Positions 16,601 through 24,139 of a stretch of DNA of 32,000 bases are shown here, in pieces. Within the stretch, counting starts at the first letter, position 1; each line of letters begins with the position of its first letter. Origin of the DNA: Bellilinea caldifistulae. GTDB taxonomy: Bacteria; Chloroflexota; Anaerolineae; Anaerolineales; Anaerolineaceae. The stretch spans positions 30,001 to 62,000 of the forward strand of contig NZ_LGHJ01000017.1 in assembly GCF_001306055.1 (NCBI RefSeq), read 5' to 3'. The notes under the pieces were generated by a model that did not search any database, was not told where the DNA came from, and saw only the letters and a program-made list of their open reading frames with translations. The position numbers and the translations under genes were made by a program.

Positions 16601-19529
16601 AGGATGCACTCAACGGGCGGTCTGCAATGGGTTGATTCTGCCAATCCACCGTCAGAACAGAAAAGATGAACGGACTGCCGGCCGGTTGCACCCAGCTTTC
16701 CGGGCGAATTCCAATGACAAAATCCGCAGGGTGCAGGACGGTTTGCGCTCGCTGAGACACGGGAAAGCCGCTTTCGTCCGTCATAGTCACTTCGAGGGTC
16801 AGAACCTTTTGGCGATTTTCTTCCATCAGTGCTGTGAGATTTTGGCTGAGGAAAGTCAACGGAAAACGCCCGTCCGTCCCGGTAATGCCGCTCCCCCCTA
16901 TGATAAAATCCCCAAGCGGTAATTCCATCCGCATCCACCAGTCCGGTTCAAGCCAAAAGGTATCCACCCGACCCGAAACAAAGCCGCCCGGCAGGTCTGC
17001 TTCGGTGTTGCGGGCATACAATGACCAGCTGACATTGACCCCAGCAGCCAGCGCTCCAAAGAAATAATTGGCTGCCACCTCAGCGCGGATGTCTTCACCC
17101 GCCCGGTAATCGCTTTTGGAAAAAGCAACCTGCAAATCAATTTCCGGCTTGCGGTAGGCCGCCACCTGAAACTCAATCACCGAGTCGGGCTGATCCTCAA
17201 TTTGAATGGTATATATCCCCGTTGGCGTGTCGGGCGGCAATTGCACCTGCCCGTACGCCGTACCATAAGGCGAAAGGCTCAGTTTTTGGGTTTCCAGCAA
17301 GGGTGTCCCCTGTTCGGGGGAGTAGCTGCCGTAAATTTTTACGGTAATCTCTTTCAAGTCGGCGGGCGGGTAGCGTGCATCGTTCCACTGGCGAACAACA
17401 TAACGGTAGTAAACCATTTGCCCCGGTTGATAAATAGGGCGGTCGGTATAACCGTAGGTTTTGATCGGGGGTTGATCAAAATTGCTGTTAATTCCAAAGT
17501 TCCACGGGAAAATCCCACCATTCCATTCCGTGGTTGCCAGCGAAAAATCGGGGTCGCCCTCCTTTCCCAGCGTGACCACCAGCGTGCGGTAAGACCGGCT
17601 CTCGGTCAGGGAAATCCGAGCGATGCCCTGTTCATCGGTTTGGGCTTTGCCCAACTCCAATCCACTCCCCCCTTGGTACACGGTGACTTCACGCCCGCTC
17701 ACCGGACGGCGGTTCAAAGCGTTGACCGCCCAAACCACAACCTCTTGCTGGCTTTCTTTGATGGTCAATTGAATGGGACTGACCACCATTAGCAAATTCA
17801 CCGCTTGATAGGTTTCAGTAAATTGCGGCGAAGAAATACGAAACGCATAAAGACCGGTTTCCAGACCACTGCGATCCGCCTTGAGGGGAATTTCAATACC
17901 CTGACTGGTGTTCTGCGGTAAATTCAATTCAACCTGCCAGTTTTCCTCAAGCGGCAGCGAATCAAATGCGGGGGTGCGTTCGATGGCACGAATCACATCC
18001 AGCAGGGTTATTCGCGCCCGGCGGATACTCAACCCCTCCAGATTCGTGGCATAGGCTGGTAATGTGGTATCCCCCGGCAGGGCGTAATAGAGGGTGCCAT
18101 ATGTATTCTGGATGGGAATATTGAGGGTGGGAAGTGAATTACCGGCTTTGAAGGTGAAGGTATAATCCCGCCCGAGTGCCTGTCCCCAGCGGTCCTGGAG
18201 GTCTGCTTTCAGGGTCAAGCGGTAGGTTTGACCGCTCTTGAAGAAGCCGGAAATGTACAGAAAACCGGCCTGCTCATCGCTGAAAAGGAAGAAATTACTG
18301 ATTTTTGGTTCAAGGAGTACCCGATCATTCAAGTTTTGAGTGCGTGCCAGAGGGGCAGAAAATTCCACCAGCAGTGAGCCGTAATCGCCAAATACTTCCA
18401 GATCTTCCCCGTCTGCGGGGGTGGTGGAAACCACCTGAAATTGCCCCACCGTTCGAAAGGATTGGTTCAGTGTTTCCTCAATGGTTACTCCGCCCAAGGC
18501 TTCAACCCGATCCATCTCAACCACATATTCCCGATTTCGATCCAGCAACTCCTGAGGTTTAACGGCTACCACCGAATCGCGCTCGCTCCACTCATAGGTT
18601 AGATTAACCGGGCTGCCATCCTGCCTCCGCAGGCGTAAACCCTGCTCGACACTTCTCCGGTTCATGGGTTGATTGAAGGTCAGGCGAATCTGAACATCCA
18701 GCGGTTGTGCCCCTTCCAAAGGCGGTTCAATGCCGATGAGTGCCGGTTTGACAGTACTGAACTGCCAGTTCATCAATTCAGCATCCGGCAAGGACGTCCC
18801 ATCCACACCCACCAGTGTGGTATTCATCACAACCTGATAGGTCTGACCACCTTCCAGTGCCGGGCGGGGGGTGAACACGTACGTGCTGGTATTTAACCAG
18901 CGTCCTTCCCCTTCGGCGGCTGGCTGCAGGGAAAACGCCGCCGGTTCGGCTGAGCCCACTTCGCCCAACTCGATCACCGGACGATTGAAGGAAACCGCCA
19001 CAATTGAGGTTGGATCTAAATCCTGCACATCCGGTTGGGGGAGTCGTTCGGTGATGCGCAACTCACCTGCGGTGCGAAATTGGTAAGAAAACGCACGGAG
19101 CAGGTTATTGCCGCTGCGGTCTTTTGCGGTTGGCTGCAGCGTGAGCGTAAGTGGCGTATCCAACGGCAGGGCCTGATCCGGCACAAAACGCACCGATGTG
19201 TCATCCAACCACTCAAAACGGCCCGAGGTGACCGGACGGATCTCCAGAGCGCCCTCTACGGAAGGGCGATCCATCGGCTGATCAAAAGTCACAACCATCC
19301 CCTCGCGAGGGTTGATGATACTGCCCGGTTCGGGTTGAACCTCTAAAACTGTTGGGGGCAGTCCCTCTTGGAGCACAGGCAGCCGGGTAGGCTGAGCCAC
19401 TGTCTGAGTCGGCAGGGTCGAATTGGTCGTTCCACCAAATGGCAGATTGCAGGAAAGACCCACAACGGCCATCAATCCAAACAAGGTCATCATCACCCGA
19501 AACAAACCCGGTTGAGTATGGTTTCTCAT
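13608..19529 (-). CDS. Alpha-2-macroglobulin family protein (~1973 aa) with N-terminal tandem Ig-like domains; thioester motif degenerate
   Basis: A2M-domain signature VRSDFRDTAYWVGALETDSSGFARLEFNLPDNLTTWVVLVRGLT. The TED-like alpha/alpha region contains QADGGWGW. Four SbsA-Ig-like repeats occupy about 18174-19358. I place the start at MRNHTQPGLFRVMMTLFGLMAVVGLSC (ATG 19529, GGAGGA RBS), which gives a signal peptide ending in Cys. Confidence 0.9.
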   Translation of the reverse strand: MRNHTQPGLFRVMMTLFGLMAVVGLSCNLPFGGTTNSTLPTQTVAQPTRLPVLQEGLPPTVLEVQPEPGSIINPREGMVVTFDQPMDRPSVEGALEIRPVTSGRFEWLDDTSVRFVPDQALPLDTPLTLTLQPTAKDRSGNNLLRAFSYQFRTAGELRITERLPQPDVQDLDPTSIVAVSFNRPVIELGEVGSAEPAAFSLQPAAEGEGRWLNTSTYVFTPRPALEGGQTYQVVMNTTLVGVDGTSLPDAELMNWQFSTVKPALIGIEPPLEGAQPLDVQIRLTFNQPMNRRSVEQGLRLRRQDGSPVNLTYEWSERDSVVAVKPQELLDRNREYVVEMDRVEALGGVTIEETLNQSFRTVGQFQVVSTTPADGEDLEVFGDYGSLLVEFSAPLARTQNLNDRVLLEPKISNFFLFSDEQAGFLYISGFFKSGQTYRLTLKADLQDRWGQALGRDYTFTFKAGNSLPTLNIPIQNTYGTLYYALPGDTTLPAYATNLEGLSIRRARITLLDVIRAIERTPAFDSLPLEENWQVELNLPQNTSQGIEIPLKADRSGLETGLYAFRISSPQFTETYQAVNLLMVVSPIQLTIKESQQEVVVWAVNALNRRPVSGREVTVYQGGSGLELGKAQTDEQGIARISLTESRSYRTLVVTLGKEGDPDFSLATTEWNGGIFPWNFGINSNFDQPPIKTYGYTDRPIYQPGQMVYYRYVVRQWNDARYPPADLKEITVKIYGSYSPEQGTPLLETQKLSLSPYGTAYGQVQLPPDTPTGIYTIQIEDQPDSVIEFQVAAYRKPEIDLQVAFSKSDYRAGEDIRAEVAANYFFGALAAGVNVSWSLYARNTEADLPGGFVSGRVDTFWLEPDWWMRMELPLGDFIIGGSGITGTDGRFPLTFLSQNLTALMEENRQKVLTLEVTMTDESGFPVSQRAQTVLHPADFVIGIRPESWVQPAGSPFIFSVLTVDWQNQPIADRPLSASFDRIEWVQEWSEVETGAVSYREVVTPVSGADLRTGNNGLATLEFTPQEPGIYRLEVRGEEAVSQALVWVGGSGAAPWPRLPNQQIRLESDRKGYAVGDTAQIFIPNPLKGNTLAWLSVERRGVITDQVLSIGEGGETVNLSIGEAFAPNVFVSVTLLGVNETGKPDFRQGYLELKVKPEAFQLDVRLAAPQSRFEPRQTARLDLQVKDQRGNPLQGEFSVAVVDKAIFALSTPNAPDIFSAFYGDQPLGVFTSCSMAAYIGRIPLLPRGLGGGGGGDASPLPVRSDFRDTAYWVGALETDSSGFARLEFNLPDNLTTWVVLVRGLTRDARVGEAVAEILVSKDLLIRPILPRFVVAGDRVEIGAVVQNNTDASLDVTVRLQSSGLVLENPGLERQALQLSANDRQRVNWWVKVEDVPSASLIFSVEGGGLQDAVMLSNENLPIHRYSTPQSFVTGGILDEAGEVLEVVTLPRSFTPTGGNLRIELSPNLAGSVFSGLEVLEGYPDDFVEVLLSRLAANLSVYQLSRETNFSAPDLSERLQQAIRRDLDRLFEKKQADGGWGWISSEPSDFFLSTYALWVLDQAGAAGFVIEPFQILDVNRFVTASLYTPEMAQETAKLDQLAFAYFVLNQHGRQNPVPPELLRLRGRLNPWGQAFLAMALNSSGDTQSAQTILADLQGGAVRSADGVFWQEEDNSLFRFSNTYASTAIVLMALLDLDPASPLVGDAVRYLTLQRGVQGWLNSYGSGWVLAALSRAVRATGELQGNYSFSATLNGAAIASGEAGGAQSFNTVRADVNITQFPSNRNALRIQRSAGSGRLYYRAILDVGQPVETVQAMDGGIILSRQYYLEGADCRADACSPVTGVNRSMSNPVVQVQLSITVPEDLTYLVVEDYIPAGAEIVNTTLLTTRQGSEQGQNGVVDQDRFLRGWGWWHFSEPRIFDDHIRWVGAYVPAGTYLLTYRLMPLQAGEFRVLPAHAYAYYFPDIQGRTAGMVFKIE

Positions 19530-19675
19530 GGGGGATCCTCCGTAAACACCGCTCAATCCACTGGCGAACTAACTTTACTTTACCACAATTTGAGGGGGAA
19601 AACTCCCATCGAATTTATTGAGGCAAACCGCAATAGTTTTCAGGATAGACGCTCTTGAGTCGGTTAAAGTTTCAG

Positions 19676-19706
19676 AAAAGGGGCTGCCTGTTTTTCAGGC
19701 AGCCCC
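19676..19706 (-). terminator. Rho-independent terminator after the solute-binding protein gene
   Basis: Perfect 11-bp stem GGGGCTGCCTG / CAGGCAGCCCC with a 5-nt loop. In the minus-strand transcript it is followed by UUUU (19679-19676). Confidence 0.8.
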
Positions 19707-19731
19707 TGCTGTCGGAATCCCACCATCCCCA

Positions 19732-21402
19732 TCAAGGTTGATTGAGGAATGCGCCGAAAAAGCGCCGGAACAACTGGAATTGGCCGCTTTCACCGGTATG
19801 ATTGGGATTTTGAGCATCCCAAATGGCGGCAAAAGACGCAACCACATCATTGGCATTCAACAAAGCCCCATTGGTGAATCGGACACCATAACGCAGGTTG
19901 AAAGTCCATTCGGTCGCGTTTGGATTGGAAGACCATGATTCCGCCAACCCCGGCCGTAGACCAACCCCATCAAACTTGTTTTCGACCAGTGTGGAATACA
20001 AGAGACTGGTCACACGGAAGGTCGTCCACTGGGTGGCGTCCGCTGGCCAGAGCGATTCTGGTTCAGCCGATTGGAGAAAGACCAGCGTTCCATCGGGGGT
20101 GATCACTTCCGGCAGATTTTCCAGATAGGCATTCACCGCAGCCCCCTGCACCTCGCGGCGAAAAACCGCAGCAGTGCGCACGTGGGCAAGCGGGATTGCG
20201 GGTGTGTGCATTCGCAGCATCTCGTTGATTCGGTTGTATCGGTTTTGGCGCTGGTCAGGATCACTGGTACGCCCGGCTTCGTTTGCCATGAACTGAATAT
20301 CCGGATAGACATTCCCCAATAGTTGGGCATTGGACGAAAAAATGGTTGAATAAAGGCTGTTGGGGTCTGCGTAATCGGCAGACCACGAGTAAAGGAAGAA
20401 CGCCTCGTTTCCGGCCTGAACCGATTGCTCGAATTCGGCTGCCTCCATGCGGTTGAGACGCACATTGATACCGTACGGCAATAACTGCGAGCGAATCGTC
20501 TGGGCAATCCGGTGCGGGTCGGGCAATAATTCATTGCCCTGCGAAGAATAGGAAAGGATCAATTCCTGTTCAAAATCAAAGTTTGCCCGGCGGAGTAAAT
20601 CCAGTGCTTGCTGCGGGTCATAAGGCAGCCAGGCATACAGCGGGGTGTAACCCACCCCAAAAACCGGGGAAAGGAATTGTTCGGCTACTTCGGTGCCGAC
20701 CGGGTAAATCGTATTGACGATCCTCTCCCGGTCAATCAACATACTGATCGCTTGACGAACCCGTGCATCGTTAAACGGCGCAAAGCGGTTGTTCATTCCA
20801 ATAAACGCCAGATTCAGCGCAGGGCGATAGACTAAATTCAAGGAACTATCTTGATTAATGCTGTAAAAGGAATTGGGGTCGGGCGAGTCCATCGCATGGG
20901 CTTTTTCAGTGCTGACCTCAACCAGCCGCGAGAGCGAGGTGGTCGCCCATCGAAAGGTTAGGGATTCAATCCGGGGTGGCAAACCCCAGTAGTCCGGATT
21001 CGAGCGGAGAACCAATCGCACACCCGGCACATATTCCGCTACCTCATAAGGCCCGCTGCCGTTTGGCTGGCGGCTCATTGCCTTCGAGTCCCCCCGGTGT
21101 TCATTCAGATACTCATCATCCTGAATTGCAAAAATTGGAAATGCCAGTTTTGCCGGAAAAGCCGGATCGGGGTTGCACAATGTAAAGCGCACAGTGTAAT
21201 CATCCACAGCCTCCACTGCGCGAATCGCTCCACCGTAGGAACAATCCTGAGCCCGTACCCGCTGTAAATTGACGGAGGCCTGCACCTGTTCAACTTGCAG
21301 GGAAAGCGGCTGACAGGCGCTTAATACGAGACTGATCGTCAAAAGAAGAATGCTTATCCAACTTGAACTTTTCCTGATGAGGAACGTAGATGAACGCTTC
21401 AT
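19732..21402 (-). CDS. ABC transporter substrate-binding lipoprotein, family 5 (peptide/nickel/opine type)
   Basis: Family-5 motifs NPDYWG and GMNNRFAPFNDARVRQAISMLIDRERI. I place the start at MKRSSTFLIRKSSSWISILLLTISLVLSAC (ATG 21402), which gives a canonical lipobox L-S-A-C. Confidence 0.85.
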   Translation of the reverse strand: MKRSSTFLIRKSSSWISILLLTISLVLSACQPLSLQVEQVQASVNLQRVRAQDCSYGGAIRAVEAVDDYTVRFTLCNPDPAFPAKLAFPIFAIQDDEYLNEHRGDSKAMSRQPNGSGPYEVAEYVPGVRLVLRSNPDYWGLPPRIESLTFRWATTSLSRLVEVSTEKAHAMDSPDPNSFYSINQDSSLNLVYRPALNLAFIGMNNRFAPFNDARVRQAISMLIDRERIVNTIYPVGTEVAEQFLSPVFGVGYTPLYAWLPYDPQQALDLLRRANFDFEQELILSYSSQGNELLPDPHRIAQTIRSQLLPYGINVRLNRMEAAEFEQSVQAGNEAFFLYSWSADYADPNSLYSTIFSSNAQLLGNVYPDIQFMANEAGRTSDPDQRQNRYNRINEMLRMHTPAIPLAHVRTAAVFRREVQGAAVNAYLENLPEVITPDGTLVFLQSAEPESLWPADATQWTTFRVTSLLYSTLVENKFDGVGLRPGLAESWSSNPNATEWTFNLRYGVRFTNGALLNANDVVASFAAIWDAQNPNHTGESGQFQLFRRFFGAFLNQP

Positions 21403-21617
21403 TAGACGCCCGGCTCCCTTTGAATGGGTGGTGATTCCTGATAATCCTCCGGATTGGTCAACATTCGCAACCACGGAGATTGAGCTCCAAGGTAATTATA
21501 CGGGAAGAGCAGCCCTTTGGAATTGACAAATCAGTAAGGTGGCTGCTGGTCAACTTTTCCTAATCAAGGTATACTCCCTTTGGGATTTCAGCATAGAGGT
21601 TACGGGGTTTTCTTCGA

Positions 21618-22160
21618 ATGATGCAAAAATTGATCCAACTGGATGTGAACCTGTCCAATCGGTTGCGCATGGAAGTGGACGAATCCTTCCGGTGGAAACT
21701 GGTGGCATTTTTAGCCCACTCTGGCGATTCGTGGTTTTGGCTGCTGGGTTTGGGGGTCGTCTGGTTGTTTTCCAACGCATGGAGGGGATTTTCGGCCTTT
21801 TTAATCCTTGATATTCTTCTCCTGGCCGCCCTGGTGATGGGCATCAAATTCCTGGTGCGCCGTAACCGCCCACCGGGTGAATGGGGCAGCATTTACCGCA
21901 ACACTGACCCGCATTCCTTTCCCTCCGGCCATGCTGCCCGGGCAGTCATGATTGCTTCGGTAGTGGCAGCCAACGCTCCTCTGTGGGTGGCAGCCTGTGT
22001 GGTGGTTTGGGCGGTACTGGTCAGCCTATCGCGCATTTTTACCGGTATGCACTATGTATCGGATGTGGTAGCCGGTATGGCACTGGGTCTGCTAAGCGGA
22101 GGGGTGTTCCTCTCGGCAAGAGAGTGGATGCAGGCCGTTATACCTTTCCTGTTCGGGTAG
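21618..22160 (+). CDS. PAP2-family phosphatase (undecaprenyl-diphosphatase / phosphatidic acid phosphatase-like)
   Basis: The three PAP2 motifs are present: KFLVRRNRP, PSGH and SRIFTGMHYVSD. Polytopic membrane protein. Confidence 0.85.
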   Translation: MMQKLIQLDVNLSNRLRMEVDESFRWKLVAFLAHSGDSWFWLLGLGVVWLFSNAWRGFSAFLILDILLLAALVMGIKFLVRRNRPPGEWGSIYRNTDPHSFPSGHAARAVMIASVVAANAPLWVAACVVVWAVLVSLSRIFTGMHYVSDVVAGMALGLLSGGVFLSAREWMQAVIPFLFG

Positions 22161-22169
22161 TTCCAACCC

Positions 22170-22748
22170 ATGTTCAGGCGCGGATTTTTCTCCCCTCACG
22201 GGTGGATCACAATCGGCTTTGGGTTCTTCCTGCTTTGCGCCTGTCAATCCCCATCACTGGAAATACGCGTGGAAAATCAGAGCAGCCTGCCAATTTGCGA
22301 AATCTACTTTTCGCCACACCAGCAAACGGATTTTGGCGAAAATCAGTTGCCCGAAGGGGAGTGGATCGCCGGTGGCAGCAGTCAGACTTTCACCCTCGAA
22401 GCCGGAGTGTACGACCTGTTGATACGCTCCTGCTCGGAAGAGACCCTCTACTCCGCTGCCCAAATTTCCCAAAACCGTTCCATCATCATCGGCAGCCAGG
22501 GGAACGCTCTGTTTCGGGTGACCAATCAAACCACGCAGGAAATTTGCTACCTTTACATTTCCAGTAACGAAGAATGGGGGGACGACCGCCTGGGTAAGGT
22601 CGAGAGCATTCTGCCTGGCAGTAAGCGGGTTTTCTTTTTACCGCCTGACATCTACCATGCCCGGGCATTGGATTGCGGCGAAAATGTCCTTGCCGAAATT
22701 GGAGAGGTCAACCTGAGCGACTCGTTCGAGTGGGTGATCTCCCCTTGA
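22170..22748 (+). CDS. Hypothetical secreted protein or lipoprotein with an internal two-fold repeat
   Basis: Signal peptide with a lipobox-like LLCAC. There are two ~75-aa repeats sharing V-x-N-Q-(S/T)-x3-I-C-x-(I/L)-Y ... G ... Y(D/H) ... C. The start is 9 nt after the PAP2 gene. Confidence 0.7.
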   Translation: MFRRGFFSPHGWITIGFGFFLLCACQSPSLEIRVENQSSLPICEIYFSPHQQTDFGENQLPEGEWIAGGSSQTFTLEAGVYDLLIRSCSEETLYSAAQISQNRSIIIGSQGNALFRVTNQTTQEICYLYISSNEEWGDDRLGKVESILPGSKRVFFLPPDIYHARALDCGENVLAEIGEVNLSDSFEWVISP

Positions 22749-22757
22749 ACAGAGAAT

Positions 22758-22786
22758 TTGACGAATACGGCGCGCTGGAGTATGCT
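22758..22786 (+). promoter_or_regulatory. Candidate promoter of tRNA-Sec (TTGACG-17-TATGCT)
   Basis: The -35 is at 22758-22763, followed by an exact 17-nt spacer and a -10 at 22781-22786. The predicted start (about 22793) coincides with the tRNA 5' end. Confidence 0.5.
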
Positions 22787-22793
22787 TAATGGC

Positions 22794-22889
22794 GGGAGTG
22801 GTCGGGTCCCGGTGGGCTCCCCGGTCTTCAAAACCGGTGGCGGGCCGCGTTGCGGGCCGCGGTGGGTTCGACTCCCATCCATTCCCGCC
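22794..22889 (+). tRNA. selC: tRNA-Sec (anticodon UCA)
   Basis: Hand fold: an 8-bp acceptor stem GGGAGTGG/CCATTCCC (one G-U); a 6-bp D-stem GGGTCC/GGGCTC with a 4-nt loop CGGT; anticodon stem CCGGT/ACCGG with loop CTTCAAA (TCA at 22828-22830); a long GC-rich variable arm (about 22839-22861); and a T-arm GTGGG-TTCGACT-CCCAT. Discriminator G is followed by CC. The layout parallels E. coli selC as I remember it. Confidence 0.9.
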
Positions 22890-22927
22890 TGATTAATGAT
22901 GGTTATCCTCAACAGGGACAATGACTC

Positions 22928-24139
22928 ATGGAAGATCAACCTTTGCTGTATGAACGAGTCGAACTGGCTGTACGCCGGGTCTTCTTCATTGAAGACACCA
23001 CCTATGGAGATGAACGCAAAGGGTTTGTAATCAAATATCATGGGCGGATCATCCTGCCAGATACCGCCGAAGCCTATGACCGATTGGCTGAAGCGGTCGC
23101 TCCGTTGGGTTTAACCCCCCTGTTTCGTTATGAAAACAACCGCCAAACGGTGATTTTTGTAACCAGCCGGCAAGCTCCGCGCCCTTCCAATCCTCGCACC
23201 AATCTGATCTTCTTCATTCTCACCCTGATCAGCGTGTGGTTCACCGGCGGAATGCTTAACTTACAGGAAATGCCGGCCAATGCGATCGAATTCGTCTGGG
23301 CAATCATCAGCGGCGGCTGGCCGTTTGCAATCAGTATGCTGGCAATCCTTACGGCCCACGAATTCGGACATTATCTGGTGGGCAGGCGGCACGGTGCCGC
23401 CGTCAGCCTGCCCTACTTTCTGCCGCTGCCATTCCCACTCAGTCCGTTTGGAACGCTGGGCGCCTTCATCAACATGAAAGAACTGCCTAAAAACCGACGG
23501 GTGCTGATGGACATTGGAATTGCCGGCCCGCTTTCCGGCCTGGTCGTAGCAATTCCGGTATTATTGATCGGCCTGTCCCTTTCCACACTTTCTCCACTGC
23601 CGGCAGCGCCCCTGGGCAGCGGACTGGGACAAACGCAGCTGGAAGGCAATTCCATTCTTTACCTGCTGCTCAAATTCGTGGTCTTCGGGCAGTTTTTACC
23701 AGCACCGGCTGATTACGGCGGACTTCCCCCGCTGCTTTACTGGCTGCGCTATATTTTCACCGGACAGCCGCTGCCGTATGGCGGGCTGGACGTTCTGCTG
23801 CACCCCGTAGCGTGGGCGGGCTGGGGCGGTATCCTGATCACTTCGCTGAATCTGATTCCTGCCGGTCAACTGGATGGCGGCCACCTGCTCTATGTCCTTT
23901 TCGGACGGGAACGTGCCCGGCGTATTTACCCGCTGGTACTGCTGGCACTCGGCTTGTTGGGGTTCGTCTGGTCGGGCTGGTGGCTGTGGGCTGTGTTGAT
24001 CTTCCTTTTTGGACGGGTGTATGCCGAGCCGCTCGATCAGATCACCGAACTGGATCCGCGCCGTAAACGTCTCGGATGGCTGACCCTGGTGGTGTTCCTG
24101 CTGGTGTTCACCCCCGTCCCGCTGGTGCTGATGCCCTGA
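22928..24139 (+). CDS. Site-2 protease family (M50) membrane metalloprotease
   Basis: HEFGHYLVGRRHG (HExxH) and NLIPAGQLDGGHLLY (NxxPxxxLDG) sit in a polytopic membrane protein. Confidence 0.88.
   Translation: MEDQPLLYERVELAVRRVFFIEDTTYGDERKGFVIKYHGRIILPDTAEAYDRLAEAVAPLGLTPLFRYENNRQTVIFVTSRQAPRPSNPRTNLIFFILTLISVWFTGGMLNLQEMPANAIEFVWAIISGGWPFAISMLAILTAHEFGHYLVGRRHGAAVSLPYFLPLPFPLSPFGTLGAFINMKELPKNRRVLMDIGIAGPLSGLVVAIPVLLIGLSLSTLSPLPAAPLGSGLGQTQLEGNSILYLLLKFVVFGQFLPAPADYGGLPPLLYWLRYIFTGQPLPYGGLDVLLHPVAWAGWGGILITSLNLIPAGQLDGGHLLYVLFGRERARRIYPLVLLALGLLGFVWSGWWLWAVLIFLFGRVYAEPLDQITELDPRRKRLGWLTLVVFLLVFTPVPLVLMP

Noticed and set aside
13608-19529. Functional thioester (CxEQ) in the macroglobulin
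   Set aside because: I scanned the whole translation. No CxEQ is present, and the expected site reads DDFVEV.
22840-22860. Direct repeat GCGGGCCGC x2 separated by 3 nt
   Set aside because: This is not a repeat element. The two copies pair with each other to form the long variable arm of tRNA-Sec.
22652-23041. 129-aa minus-strand ORF spanning the 22749-22927 gap
   Set aside because: It overlaps a well-folded tRNA-Sec on the opposite strand as well as the ends of two real genes. It has no RBS and no recognisable features.
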